The notes under the pieces were generated by a model that was given only the letters and a program-made list of their open reading frames with translations, did not search any database and was not told where the DNA came from. A DNA stretch of 64,000 nt. Origin: Candidatus Omnitrophota bacterium. GTDB lineage: Bacteria; Omnitrophota; Gorgyraeia; Tantalellales; Tantalellaceae. Location of the stretch: NCBI GenBank assembly GCA_007135805.1, contig SLID01000099.1, positions 1,882 through 65,881 of the forward strand, in the 5' to 3' direction. Below are positions 9,887 through 19,919 of the stretch, one piece after another. Position numbers and translations under genes: made by a program. Positions within the stretch are counted from its first letter, which is position 1. Every line of letters starts with the position of its first letter.

Positions 9887-10022
9887 GTTCGCGCGTTTAA
9901 GCGCCGGGGATGGTACGGAAAAACCGTTCCGTTCCCGGTGTTGCGCTAAGGGATCCGGCAGGTCCCGGCGCTATGATCCCTACAGGTTTGATGACAGCTC
10001 TAATATTTACGGAGGTGGCTGA

Positions 10023-11204
10023 ATGAAAAAGACGATCGCGGATATGGATCTCAGGGGTAAAAGAGTCCTGATGAGGGTCGACTACAATGTGCCTCTTGAC
10101 GGTGACCGGAAAATAACCGATGACAGCAGGATACAGGCGTCTCTGCCTTCCGTAAAATATGCCCTGGAACAAGGTGCCCGGCTCATACTGATGAGTCATC
10201 TTGGCAGACCCAAAGGAGAGGTAAAAGCTGAATTTTCGCTTTCTCCGGTGGCTGAAAGATTGTCGTGTCTTCTGGAACGGGATGTCAGAAAACTTGATGA
10301 TTGCGTAGGGGAAAAGGTCAAAGAAGCGGTCAATTCCATGGAAGACGGTGACGTCGTATTGCTCGAGAATTTACGGTTTCATAAAGAGGAAACGGCAAAT
10401 GACCCCGGGTTCGCCGGTGAGCTTGCCTCGCTTGGCGACATTTTTGTCAATGACGCTTTTGGGACTTGTCACAGGGCTCACGCGTCCACAGAGGGAGTGA
10501 CCAGACATCTACCAAGTGTGGCGGGTTTCCTGGTGGATAAGGAAATAAAGTATTTTGAAAAAGTTACGGGAGACCCCGACAAGCCTTTCGCGCTGATACT
10601 GGGCGGGGCCAAGGTATCTGACAAGATACCGGTCATAGAGAACATGTTGGACAAGATAGACTATCTTCTCATAGGCGGGGCCATGGCATACACCTTCCTG
10701 AAGTCCCGACTGAAAGGGATAGGGCTTTCCAGGGTAGAAGACGATATGATGGATACGGTTGACAGGATATTTTCTCTTGCCAGCGCGAAAGAAGTAAGCA
10801 TATTCCTGCCGGAAGACCATGTAGTGGCCGACGAGATAAAGGAAACAGCAAAACGAAAGACGACTTCTGACGAGCACATACCGGACGGATACATAGGCCT
10901 CGATATAGGCCCCAGGACGATAAAAAGCTACCGTTCTGTGCTGGCTGAATCCAGGACCATAGTTTGGAACGGTCCGGTAGGTTTTTTTGAGATGAAACCA
11001 TTTTCAAAAGGGACGCGTGAGGTAGCTAAATTTATAGCGAAGCTGAAAGCTACAACGGTAATCGGGGGCGGAGATACCGCTGCCGCCGTAAACCAACTCA
11101 AGCTTGGCGATAAGATGTCGCATATGTCGACGGGCGGAGGCGCGTCTTTGGAGTATCTTGAGGGAAAAGAGCTGCCCGGTATAGCCGCGCTTAATGATAA
11201 GTAA
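10023..11204 (+). CDS. pgk: Phosphoglycerate kinase
   Basis: 393 aa. RVDYNVPL and MSHLGRPKG motifs. RBS GGAGGTGG upstream. Confidence 0.95.
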   Translation: MKKTIADMDLRGKRVLMRVDYNVPLDGDRKITDDSRIQASLPSVKYALEQGARLILMSHLGRPKGEVKAEFSLSPVAERLSCLLERDVRKLDDCVGEKVKEAVNSMEDGDVVLLENLRFHKEETANDPGFAGELASLGDIFVNDAFGTCHRAHASTEGVTRHLPSVAGFLVDKEIKYFEKVTGDPDKPFALILGGAKVSDKIPVIENMLDKIDYLLIGGAMAYTFLKSRLKGIGLSRVEDDMMDTVDRIFSLASAKEVSIFLPEDHVVADEIKETAKRKTTSDEHIPDGYIGLDIGPRTIKSYRSVLAESRTIVWNGPVGFFEMKPFSKGTREVAKFIAKLKATTVIGGGDTAAAVNQLKLGDKMSHMSTGGGASLEYLEGKELPGIAALNDK

Positions 11205-11332
11205 TGACAGGAATGTTTTACCCTGTGAAACAAAAAGAATATCTGTAATATGTAATATGAGGGTTGGCACGGAAAGCAAGATCTCTACACCGGTTCCGTT
11301 AAGGCCGTAAAAAAAAAGAAAGGGGCGGAATA

Positions 11333-12112
11333 ATGCGCAGACCTATAATATCAGGTAACTGGAAGATGTACAAGGATATCAACGAAGCCATAGAGCTTGC
11401 TAACGCCGTTAAACGCGGAGTTTTCGATGTCGAAAATGTTGAGATCGTGATATGTCCTTCTTTTACCAACCTGAGTGAATTAGGCGAAATGTTTGTAGGT
11501 TCAAACGTGAGTGTCGGGGGGCAGAACTGCTATTGGGAAAAAGAGGGGGCTTATACCGGAGAGATATCCGTCCCTATGCTTAAAAGCGTGGGATGTTCAT
11601 ACGTCATAGTGGGGCATTCCGAGAGAAGGAAATATTTTGGGGAAACGGATGAGACGGTAAACAGGAAAATAGCGGCGGTCCTTGAGGAGGAGCTTGTCCC
11701 CATAATGTGTGTAGGAGAGACACTCGAAGAAAGAGAAGCCGGGAAGACACTGGAAGTGGTCAAGGACCAGGTTGTCGGGGGCCTCCGAAACTTCCAGGAA
11801 ACGCAGCTTGAAACACTGGTTATAGCTTATGAACCTGTATGGGCTATAGGGACGGGTAAAACGGCTACTCCTGGACAGGCCCAGGAAGTACATGCCATGA
11901 TACGTTCTCTTATGGCGGAATGTTTTTCCCCGGCGTTTGCGGACGCCGTGCGCATACTTTACGGGGGAAGCGTCAAGCCGGACAATGTCGGGGAGTTGAT
12001 GGCAGAGAGGGACATCGACGGCGGCCTCATAGGCGGGGCGAGTCTGAAAGCCGAGGGTTTTGTGGATATGGTAAAAACAACGTCTCAGCTGTATGCTGAA
12101 AAGAAGGGATAA
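11333..12112 (+). CDS. tpiA: Triosephosphate isomerase
   Basis: 259 aa. SGNWKM, IVGHSERR and AYEPVWAIGTGKTAT motifs. Confidence 0.95.
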   Translation: MRRPIISGNWKMYKDINEAIELANAVKRGVFDVENVEIVICPSFTNLSELGEMFVGSNVSVGGQNCYWEKEGAYTGEISVPMLKSVGCSYVIVGHSERRKYFGETDETVNRKIAAVLEEELVPIMCVGETLEEREAGKTLEVVKDQVVGGLRNFQETQLETLVIAYEPVWAIGTGKTATPGQAQEVHAMIRSLMAECFSPAFADAVRILYGGSVKPDNVGELMAERDIDGGLIGGASLKAEGFVDMVKTTSQLYAEKKG

Positions 12113-12114
12113 TA

Positions 12115-12624
12115 ATGTATACTGTTCTGATATTACTGCACGTTGTCCTGTGTATAGTGCTTATAGTCACCATTCTGCTGCAGGCGGGAAGAGGGGGCGG
12201 CCTCACGGAGATGATGGGAGGCGATACAGCCCAGTCGGTGTTGGGTACGCAGGCTCCGGTCCTTTTGAAAAAGATAACCACGATAAGCGCGGTGGGATTT
12301 ATTGTGACTTCAATGGTGCTGGGTATGGTCACCGCCCGCCGAGGAAGGTCTTTGTTCGAAAGTCCGATCATGCATCATACACGACCGGAAGAAGATTTAG
12401 CGTTTCCTTTTACTCAGATCCCTGAGGCGGAGCCTCTGACTGAAAGGCCGGCGGACTGGCCGGTAGTCCCGGATCCGGATTTCACTCACGACCCGGAAGA
12501 AGTTGAAGAGAGAGAGGAATTTTTCCCGGAAGTAACGGAAGATGAGGCCGAACCTGTCGGTTTTTTTGAAGAGGACCTGCTGCCGGAGGCGCATGAGGAC
12601 AGTCAGGAAGAAGACGCCCGGTAA
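12115..12624 (+). CDS. secG: Preprotein translocase subunit SecG with long acidic C-terminal extension
   Basis: The N-terminal about 75 aa matches SecG (LLHVVLCIVLIVTILLQAGRGGG). Conserved gap-pgk-tpiA-secG order. The C-terminal about 90 aa are D/E/P-rich and low-complexity. Confidence 0.8.
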   Translation: MYTVLILLHVVLCIVLIVTILLQAGRGGGLTEMMGGDTAQSVLGTQAPVLLKKITTISAVGFIVTSMVLGMVTARRGRSLFESPIMHHTRPEEDLAFPFTQIPEAEPLTERPADWPVVPDPDFTHDPEEVEEREEFFPEVTEDEAEPVGFFEEDLLPEAHEDSQEEDAR

Positions 12625-14272
12625 AAAGTTCCGTTTTTCCGGATCGGTCAGGTATAAGAACAGAGGGCCATTGCCGATTTTGAGGGTAGTGGCCCTTTCT
12701 TTTGTATTTTTGTCTCACCCCGCGGTTGCTGTCGGGGAAGAGCCGGAAATAATCCCAAGGGACGCCTACGTGTCGGCCGGGATAGGAGACGCCAGGGTGC
12801 TTATACCTTTTCTCGCCGACGACGTGACATCCAGTTCCATATGCAACCTCGTATATAACGGACTGACAAAGGTGGACAAAGATCTTAATGTTGTTCCGGA
12901 TCTCGCCGAAAGCTGGGAGATCTCGGAAGACGGGCTGGAGATCGTTTTTCGCCTGAGAAAAGACGTTTACTGGCATGACGGAGAACCCTTCACCGCGGAT
13001 GATGTCAAGTTCACCTACGACCTTATCCTGGATCCGGTTACGGCCTGTCCATATGTATCAAGCTACAGCCAGATAAAGACCGTAGAGGTAGTGGATCAGA
13101 GTACTGTGCGCTTTGTTTACAGTGAACCGTACGCTCCGGCGATACTGAAGCTTGGGATGGGAATAGTACCCAAACATCTTTTTCGGGATGTAGAAGACCT
13201 TAGGCGAAGCGTTTATGCCAGAAAACCAGTTGGCACGGGGCCTTATAAGTTCGTGGAGTGGAAAACCGGAGAGTACATGGTGCTGGAAGCTAATGAAGAT
13301 TATTTTCTACATACTCCTCGCATCAAGCGTTATGTTTACCGCATAATCCCGGACCAGAGTGTGCAGTTTCTGGAGCTTGTAACGGGTGGGATCGATTCAA
13401 TGGAACTTAATCCCTATCAGTTCCTTTACCGCAGTGAGACCCCGGAGTTCCGAGAGAGGGTAAAAAAATACAGATACCTGTCACGTTCGTATACTTTTGT
13501 GGGATACAACCTTAACGATCCCATACTTGGTGACAAACGTGTGCGGCAGGCCCTGAGCTACGCGATAAACGAGAAGGACCTTATTGATTCGGTCATGCTG
13601 GGCCAGGCCGAACCCATATCCGGACCTTTTATAAAGGGATCCGCCTATTATAACCCGTTGGCCAGGGCGTATGATCACGATATCCTGAAAGCTGCCATGC
13701 TTTTGAGAGAAGCCGGGTGGGCTGACGTCGACGGGTCGGGTGTACTTTCAAAGGACGGGCGCCCGCTCCATATAGTTATAGCTACCAATCAGGGCAGCCA
13801 GGTCAGAGAGGACGTGGCTACGGTGATACAAAGCCACTGGGCGAAATTGGGTGTGAGCAGCGAGATACAGGTCATCGCCTGGTCGGCTTTTCTTAACCAG
13901 TTTATCGACAAGCGGAATTTTCAGGCGGTGATCCTCGGGTGGACCATACCAACAGATCCCGATATTTTCGCTGTCTGGCATTCAAGTTCAGCGGTTACCG
14001 GCGGCCTCAACTTTGTGTCTTTTTCCAATGAGGAAGTGGACGCCCTGATAGAGAGGGGCCGTAGGGAGTTCTGCCCTGAAGAAAGAAAAGAGATATACCA
14101 AAAAGCTCACGCCCTTATAGCTGAGGAGGCGCCTTATACTTTTCTTTTTTCCCCTTATTCTCTCCCGGCCGTAAGCCGTCGGGTGAAAGGCATAGTTCCC
14201 GCCCCGGCTGGTATAGGTTATAATCTTATCGAGTGGTATGTCCCGGAGGAAGAGATAAGGTACAGGTTTTGA
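12593..14272 (+). CDS. ABC transporter substrate-binding protein, family 5 (oligopeptide/dipeptide/nickel type)
   Basis: SBP_bac_5-like sequence with signal peptide LRVVALSFVFLSHPAVA. The start is uncertain: track 12542, ATG 12593, or TTG 12671 right before the signal peptide. The 5' end overlaps the secG tail. Confidence 0.8.
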   Translation: MRTVRKKTPGKKFRFSGSVRYKNRGPLPILRVVALSFVFLSHPAVAVGEEPEIIPRDAYVSAGIGDARVLIPFLADDVTSSSICNLVYNGLTKVDKDLNVVPDLAESWEISEDGLEIVFRLRKDVYWHDGEPFTADDVKFTYDLILDPVTACPYVSSYSQIKTVEVVDQSTVRFVYSEPYAPAILKLGMGIVPKHLFRDVEDLRRSVYARKPVGTGPYKFVEWKTGEYMVLEANEDYFLHTPRIKRYVYRIIPDQSVQFLELVTGGIDSMELNPYQFLYRSETPEFRERVKKYRYLSRSYTFVGYNLNDPILGDKRVRQALSYAINEKDLIDSVMLGQAEPISGPFIKGSAYYNPLARAYDHDILKAAMLLREAGWADVDGSGVLSKDGRPLHIVIATNQGSQVREDVATVIQSHWAKLGVSSEIQVIAWSAFLNQFIDKRNFQAVILGWTIPTDPDIFAVWHSSSAVTGGLNFVSFSNEEVDALIERGRREFCPEERKEIYQKAHALIAEEAPYTFLFSPYSLPAVSRRVKGIVPAPAGIGYNLIEWYVPEEEIRYRF

Positions 14273-14290
14273 GGGGTATTACGGAGTATC

Positions 14291-15271
14291 ATGAAAACAT
14301 ACGTAGTTAAACGGCTTCTTTTGATGGTTCCCATGCTTTTCGGCATTTCTCTGGTGATGTTCTTAATAATGCATCTCGCGCCCGGAGATCCCGCCAGTAT
14401 AAGATATGGCCTTAACCCCGAAGTCTCTGATACGGCGCGCGAAGCGTTCAGTGAGATGTACGGGCTCGACCGGCCGGTATTGGAACAGTATTTCATGTGG
14501 CTGAGAAGGTTTGTCACCATGGACTTCGGGCGGTCTCTCGTCGATGACAGGCCCGTAATAGCCAAGGTAATGGCCCATCTTCCCGCGACACTTCTTCTTC
14601 AGATATCTTCGATCCTGGTTATCTTTTTTGTAGCGCTTCCCATCGGAATAATAAGCGCCATAAAGAGGGATTCTCTTTTCGATAAAGCGTCCACGGTGTT
14701 CGTGTTCATAGGTTACGCCATGCCCACTTTCTGGCTGGCCATACTTCTTGTTTTCTTTTTTTCGTTCAAACTCGGCTGGCTTCCCGTTTCGGGCATGAGG
14801 CCGTGGTATGCCCAGTATCTGGATACCGGGGGGCAGGTACTGGATCTTTTAAGGCACTTGGCTCTACCCCTCATAGCCACGTCTTTCGGAGGGCTGGCCG
14901 CTCTTTCGAGATACGCCCGTTCGAGCATGGTAGAGGTGATGAAAGAAAATTATGTTCTTACGGCCAGGGCCAAGGGACTTTCGGAGAAGAGGGTAATGCT
15001 GGTCCATGTCCTGGGTAACGCGCTCTTACCGGTTGTAACGATACTTGGGCTTACACTGCCGGTGCTTATTTCGGGAAGCTTTATTTTTGAGACCATTTTT
15101 GCCTGGCCCGGAATGGGAAGATTGGGGTACGAGGCCATCATGCACTACGATTACCCAGTGGTGATGGGGGTTGGGGTAATAGCCACACTGTTGACGCTTC
15201 TGGGTATTTTTCTATCAGATATCGCTTATGTCATGATAGATCCCAGAATAAGGTTTGAAAGCCGCAAATAG
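14291..15271 (+). CDS. ABC transporter permease (OppB/DppB-like)
   Basis: 326 aa, 6 TM. Start MKTYVVKRLLLMVPMLFGISLVMF is typical of OppB. Confidence 0.85.
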   Translation: MKTYVVKRLLLMVPMLFGISLVMFLIMHLAPGDPASIRYGLNPEVSDTAREAFSEMYGLDRPVLEQYFMWLRRFVTMDFGRSLVDDRPVIAKVMAHLPATLLLQISSILVIFFVALPIGIISAIKRDSLFDKASTVFVFIGYAMPTFWLAILLVFFFSFKLGWLPVSGMRPWYAQYLDTGGQVLDLLRHLALPLIATSFGGLAALSRYARSSMVEVMKENYVLTARAKGLSEKRVMLVHVLGNALLPVVTILGLTLPVLISGSFIFETIFAWPGMGRLGYEAIMHYDYPVVMGVGVIATLLTLLGIFLSDIAYVMIDPRIRFESRK

Positions 15272-15301
15272 CGAAGGTCATAACGCTCGGAGGATCGAAA
15301 A

Positions 15302-16117
15302 ATGAATATGCGCCTGATATTCGGGATAGCGATAGTGGTATTTATGGGAGTGAGCGCCCTGCTGGCCCCTGTTATCGCTACGCATGATCCGCTTGAGGTA
15401 GATCTTTCAGCCGAAGCTCGTCTTCAGCCTCCGTCGATGAAACATTTTTTCGGCACGGATAATCTGGGAAGGGACGTTTACAGCAGGATGGTATACGGCG
15501 CCAGGGTATCCTTAAGCGTCGGGTTCATAGCCGTGGCCATATCTCTCCTGATAGGTTTGACGCTTGGCGGAATAAGCGGTTATTACGGGGGATGGGTGGA
15601 CGGGGTCATAATGCGGATGGTCGAGATAATGTATTGTTTTCCCACGTTCTTTCTGATAATGATGGTCATAACTTTTCTGGGTCCCAGTATAGTCAATGTC
15701 ATGATCGTGATAGGACTGACAAGCTGGGCCGGCCTGTGCCGGCTGGTGCGGGCGGAGTTTCTTACTCTCAGAGAGCGTGATTTTGTTTTTTCGGCCAGAG
15801 TACAGGGAGTCTCTCATTCCAGGATAATTTTCCGCCACATATTGCCCAACGCCATGGCTCCGGTATATGTCAGCGCGACTTTGAGCGTTGGAGGCGCCAT
15901 TCTTGTGGAAAGCGCTCTATCATTTCTTGGGCTTGGCGTTCAGATACCCGCTCCGAGCTGGGGGAATATACTCACGTCGGGCAAGGGGTACATGGATTAT
16001 GCCTGGTGGCTTACGCTATACCCCGGTCTCGCGATCCTTATAACGGTATTGAGCTTTAATCTGATTGGCGAAGGACTGAGGGATATCCTTGATCCCAAAA
16101 TGAGCAGGGCCCGGTAG
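15302..16117 (+). CDS. ABC transporter permease (OppC/DppC-like)
   Basis: 271 aa. Conserved binding-protein-dependent transport EAA-like region. Confidence 0.85.
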   Translation: MNMRLIFGIAIVVFMGVSALLAPVIATHDPLEVDLSAEARLQPPSMKHFFGTDNLGRDVYSRMVYGARVSLSVGFIAVAISLLIGLTLGGISGYYGGWVDGVIMRMVEIMYCFPTFFLIMMVITFLGPSIVNVMIVIGLTSWAGLCRLVRAEFLTLRERDFVFSARVQGVSHSRIIFRHILPNAMAPVYVSATLSVGGAILVESALSFLGLGVQIPAPSWGNILTSGKGYMDYAWWLTLYPGLAILITVLSFNLIGEGLRDILDPKMSRAR

Positions 16118-16148
16118 AAACGAAAGGGCAGGACATAGAGAGAGAGGA

Positions 16149-16958
16149 ATGGCAGAAGACAAAAAGATACTCAGGATAGAGGATCTCAGTGTGGAAATCG
16201 CCGGGAGGCAAGTTATAGACGGCGTTTCTCTGGGGGTGGACAAGGGAGAGGTACTGGCCATCGTAGGGGAGTCCGGCAGCGGAAAAACATTGACCGGTCT
16301 TGCCATAATGGACCTGTTACCGGACTCGGCCGTTCGGCGGTCAGGGAGGGTGTTTTTCCGCGATGATGACATTTTCTCTATGGGAAATAAAGCGAAAAGA
16401 AAAATAAGGGGCAAAGACATCGCCATGGTCTTCCAGGAGCCTTTCACGGCCATGAATCCCGTTATGAAGGTCGGGCATCAGATCGGTGAAGTTATAGACG
16501 CGCATTTTCGCGTTGCAAAAGAGCAAAAAAAAGCTCGGGTAGAGGAGCTTCTGGGTACGGTAAAGCTTTCAGTTGACGTGATGGACAGCTATCCTCACGA
16601 GCTTTCGGGAGGTATGCGCCAGAGGGCGATAATTGCCATGGCTCTCGCTTGCGGTCCGGAGGTGCTCATACTTGACGAGCCGACTACGGCGCTTGATGTA
16701 TCCATTCAGAAGGAAGTGATTGATCTTATACGGAATCTGCAGAAGGAGCGAGATTTTGCCGCTTTTTTCATAACGCATGATTTTTCAGTGGTCAACCTGG
16801 TGGCAGATACTGTCGCGGTGATGAGGTACGGTAAAATAATAGAATATGGCGTTAAAGAAAATGTGCTTAGAAACCCAAAAGAGCGGTATACGAGGCATCT
16901 GATCGACTGTGTGCCCAGAATGGGAGATAAACGTAAAAGGCTTGGCGCGGATGTTTAA
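16149..16958 (+). CDS. ABC transporter ATP-binding protein (OppD-like)
   Basis: Walker A GESGSGKT, signature LSGGMRQR, Walker [13 protein letters not shown]. Confidence 0.9.
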   Translation: MAEDKKILRIEDLSVEIAGRQVIDGVSLGVDKGEVLAIVGESGSGKTLTGLAIMDLLPDSAVRRSGRVFFRDDDIFSMGNKAKRKIRGKDIAMVFQEPFTAMNPVMKVGHQIGEVIDAHFRVAKEQKKARVEELLGTVKLSVDVMDSYPHELSGGMRQRAIIAMALACGPEVLILDEPTTALDVSIQKEVIDLIRNLQKERDFAAFFITHDFSVVNLVADTVAVMRYGKIIEYGVKENVLRNPKERYTRHLIDCVPRMGDKRKRLGADV

Positions 16959-17685
16959 CACGGCGGAGATAAGGGACGTAAAAAAGTATTTTACTTCTGG
17001 CGGTTTTTTCGGCCCTGCCAGGGATGTCGTTAAGGCGGTGGACGGCGTAAGCTTTTACTGCCAGAAAGGCAGGACTTTCGGGCTTGTAGGGGAGTCTGGA
17101 TCAGGGAAATCCACCATTGCCAAACTGGTGGCAGGTATATTGAGGCCCGATCATGGCAAAGTCACCGTGCATGGCGAGAAAGATATAGTGTTCCAGGATC
17201 CCTACAGTTCACTCAATCCCCGGATGACCGTGAGGCAGATAGTGGTAGAGCCTCTTTTTGTCAGAGGTGTCGACAAACAGGAAATATCAGAGAGGGCCGA
17301 GGCGGTATTAAGCAAAGTTAGATTGGACGCCGGATCCTGTTTTTTTAAATATCCGCACCAGTTCTCAGGCGGGGAACGCCAGAGGATAGCTATAGCCAGA
17401 TCCCTTATAAAAGAGCCCGATCTTCTGGTGCTTGACGAACCGGTATCCAGCCTGGACGTTTCTATACAGGCGGATATACTGAACCTTCTAAAGGATCTGC
17501 AGGAAGAGCTTTCTCTTTCCTACCTGTTCATTTCCCACGATCTAAGGGTGGTCGAATTCATGTCTGATACTGTGGGCGTGATGAAAAGCGGACGCGTCGT
17601 GGAAGTAGCGGACAGTGAAGCGCTGTACAGATATCCCAAAGACCCCTATACGAAAAAGCTTTTCGAGGCGATCCCATCGTTTTAG
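16951..17685 (+). CDS. ABC transporter ATP-binding protein (OppF-like)
   Basis: Track ORF begins at GTG 16909. The ATG at 16951 ([14 protein letters not shown]) better fits OppF N-termini and overlaps the OppD stop by 8 nt. Walker A GESGSGKST, FSGGERQR, LLVLDEPVSSLD. Confidence 0.85.
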   Translation: MFNTAEIRDVKKYFTSGGFFGPARDVVKAVDGVSFYCQKGRTFGLVGESGSGKSTIAKLVAGILRPDHGKVTVHGEKDIVFQDPYSSLNPRMTVRQIVVEPLFVRGVDKQEISERAEAVLSKVRLDAGSCFFKYPHQFSGGERQRIAIARSLIKEPDLLVLDEPVSSLDVSIQADILNLLKDLQEELSLSYLFISHDLRVVEFMSDTVGVMKSGRVVEVADSEALYRYPKDPYTKKLFEAIPSF

Positions 17686-17851
17686 GCCGGCATGAGTGTC
17701 GCGGATCTCGGCTCCGGGCAGTGCCGCATACGCAGGCCTGTTACTCTTTTTTGAGGTGTCCGGCCCGTGAGGTAACGAATTGTTTGATATGGCACCCCCC
17801 TTCTCGGCGGGGATCTTGCGAATGGAAATACGAGGCCTCTCAACAAGCCGA

Positions 17852-17880
17852 TTGATTTTAGCAAAGAAATCTGATAGACT
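17852..17880 (+). promoter_or_regulatory. Candidate promoter (TTGATT-17-TAGACT) for leuCDB with a structured ~130-nt leader
   Basis: -35 at 17852-57, -10 at 17875-80. Leader 17890-18014 contains nested GC hairpins (CTGCCGG...CCGGCAG enclosing GTCCCG-accag-CGGGAC). Confidence 0.45.
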
Positions 17881-18014
17881 GGCAAATCATGAACGGAGGG
17901 GAGTATGGCGCCGGGCTGGGTTTTGTCCGGATCCGTAGATACCTGCCGGCGATCAAGGGCGGGTCCCGACCAGCGGGACGCGGGTGAGTCCGGCAGATGC
18001 CAAGGAGAATAACT

Positions 18015-19295
18015 ATGGGATATACTATAACCGAAAAAATACTGCTTTCACATTCCAGGGGGACCAGGAGCATAGCTCCTGGAGACTTTGTAATGGCTGA
18101 CGTGGATCTGTGTTTGGGGAATGATGTAACAAGCCCTATAGCCATAAAGGAGTTCAGGGAACTAGGTTTCGACAGGGTGTTCAACAGTAAGAGAGTCCTG
18201 CTTGTGCCAGATCATTTTCTGCCCGCCAAGGATATGAAAAGCGCCAACCAGGCCCGGTTGCTTAAGGATTTCGCGGAAGAGTTTAAGATCGATAACTATT
18301 TCGAACTCGGGGAAATGGGTGTAGAGCATGCCCTTTTGCCTGAGAGAGGGATCATACTTCCCGGGGATCTTATGATAGGCGCCGACTCGCATACATGCAC
18401 ACACGGCGCTCTTGGGGCCTTCGCGACAGGTGTCGGGTCCACCGACCTTGGTTACGCGATGGCTTTCGGGGAATGCTGGCTTAAGGTTCCGGAGACCATA
18501 AAGATCGTTCTTACGGGAAAACCTCGAAAGTGGGTAGGGGGCAAAGATATAATCTTGCATATAATCTCGGACCTTGGGGTTTCGGGGGCTCTCTACAAAG
18601 CGATGGAATTCGCGGGGGACACTTTACAATACCTGGATATGGATGACAGGTTTAGCATATGCAACATGGCTGTTGAAGCCGGGGCCAAGAACGGTATAGT
18701 CCCGCCGGACAAGATCACGGAAAGCTATGTGAAGGCCGCGATAAGAAAGTACAAGCCTTCGCGCAAGACTTATAAGGCCGTCAAGAGTGATAAGGACGCG
18801 GTTTACTCGGAGACCAGAGAGTACAACGTGTCAAAATTGGAGCCCGTGGTGGCCGCTCCCGATCTCCCGTCGAACGGAAAGCCGGTAAGCGGCTATAAGA
18901 ATGTCAAGGTTGACCAGGTTGTCGTGGGTTCTTGCACTAACGGGCGGATAAGCGATCTAAAGACAGCGGCCTCTGTTCTGAAAGGAAAAAGAGTTTCGCC
19001 TGATGTGCGTCTGGTGGTAATACCCGCGACCCAGGATGTGTACAGGGAGGCGGTCAAACAGGGGTATGCCGAGATATTCGTAAAAGCGGGTGGGACTTTT
19101 TGTACGCCCAGCTGCGGACCGTGCCTCGGAGGCCATATGGGTATACTTTCGGAGGGAGAGGTCGCGTTAGCTACGACCAACCGGAACTTTGTGGGACGTA
19201 TGGGGCATCCCAAAAGCCTGGTTTACCTGTCTAACCCGGCTATTGCCGCCGCTTCGGCGGTGAAGGGTATTATAGCCCATCCATCCGACCTTTAA
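18015..19295 (+). CDS. leuC: 3-isopropylmalate dehydratase large subunit (type 2/archaeal-like aconitase-family large subunit)
   Basis: ATG 18015 with AAGGAG 7 nt upstream gives MGYTITEKILLSHS. About 426 aa (short LeuC/HACN type). Followed by the small subunit and leuB. Confidence 0.85.
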   Translation: MGYTITEKILLSHSRGTRSIAPGDFVMADVDLCLGNDVTSPIAIKEFRELGFDRVFNSKRVLLVPDHFLPAKDMKSANQARLLKDFAEEFKIDNYFELGEMGVEHALLPERGIILPGDLMIGADSHTCTHGALGAFATGVGSTDLGYAMAFGECWLKVPETIKIVLTGKPRKWVGGKDIILHIISDLGVSGALYKAMEFAGDTLQYLDMDDRFSICNMAVEAGAKNGIVPPDKITESYVKAAIRKYKPSRKTYKAVKSDKDAVYSETREYNVSKLEPVVAAPDLPSNGKPVSGYKNVKVDQVVVGSCTNGRISDLKTAASVLKGKRVSPDVRLVVIPATQDVYREAVKQGYAEIFVKAGGTFCTPSCGPCLGGHMGILSEGEVALATTNRNFVGRMGHPKSLVYLSNPAIAAASAVKGIIAHPSDL

Positions 19296-19389
19296 CGCGC
19301 CGGGACCGTTGTCCGGCGCTACTATGATGTAACGGCAAAAAAGGACAGGAAAGATTTATTCTCCTGCCCGTAAATCAGAGGTGGACCAG

Positions 19390-19893
19390 ATGAAGTTCAA
19401 AGGAAAGGTACATAAGTTCGGGGATAATGTGAATACCGATGAGATAATACCCGCGCGATACCTTAATACGTCAGACCCCGAGGAGTTGGCGAAGCATTGC
19501 ATGGAAGACGCCGACCCCGAATTCGTTGAAAAAGCGGTTGAGGGAGACATTATTTTCGGTGGTGAAAATTTTGGATGCGGATCTTCCAGAGAACACGCCC
19601 CAATAGCCATAAAGGCTTTTGGTGTTTCATGCGTCGTAGCTAAAAGTTTCGCCCGTATATTCTACCGCAACGCCATCAACATAGGACTGCCGATATTCAC
19701 GAGTGAAGATGCCGTGCGGGATATAAAGACGGGCGATAAGGTCGAAGTTGACGCGGTTAAAGGACAGATAAAAAAGGTCGGCAGAAAAGGGTCTTTCAAT
19801 GTTGAGGTCTTCCCGAAATTCATAAAGGAAATAGTTGCAAGCGGAGGACTCATGGGATACGCCGCGAAAAAGGCCAGGCGGGTAAAACAGTAA
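19390..19893 (+). CDS. leuD: 3-isopropylmalate dehydratase small subunit (type 2)
   Basis: MKFKGKVHKFGDNVNTDEIIPARYL is the type-2 LeuD start. GAGGTGG RBS. Track ORF starts at GTG 19381. Confidence 0.85.
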   Translation: MKFKGKVHKFGDNVNTDEIIPARYLNTSDPEELAKHCMEDADPEFVEKAVEGDIIFGGENFGCGSSREHAPIAIKAFGVSCVVAKSFARIFYRNAINIGLPIFTSEDAVRDIKTGDKVEVDAVKGQIKKVGRKGSFNVEVFPKFIKEIVASGGLMGYAAKKARRVKQ

Positions 19894-19919
19894 TGAGAAA
19901 AAAAGACTTTGGAGGCGAA

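Noticed and set aside
12093-12425. 110-aa + strand ORF overlapping secG in another frame
   Set aside because: It is fully embedded in the secG coding region, and its Arg/Gly-rich composition is an out-of-frame artefact.
17886-18014. T-box riboswitch upstream of leuC
   Set aside because: No match to the conserved T-box core (AATTAGGGTGGNACCGCG). This is recorded only as an unclassified structured leader.
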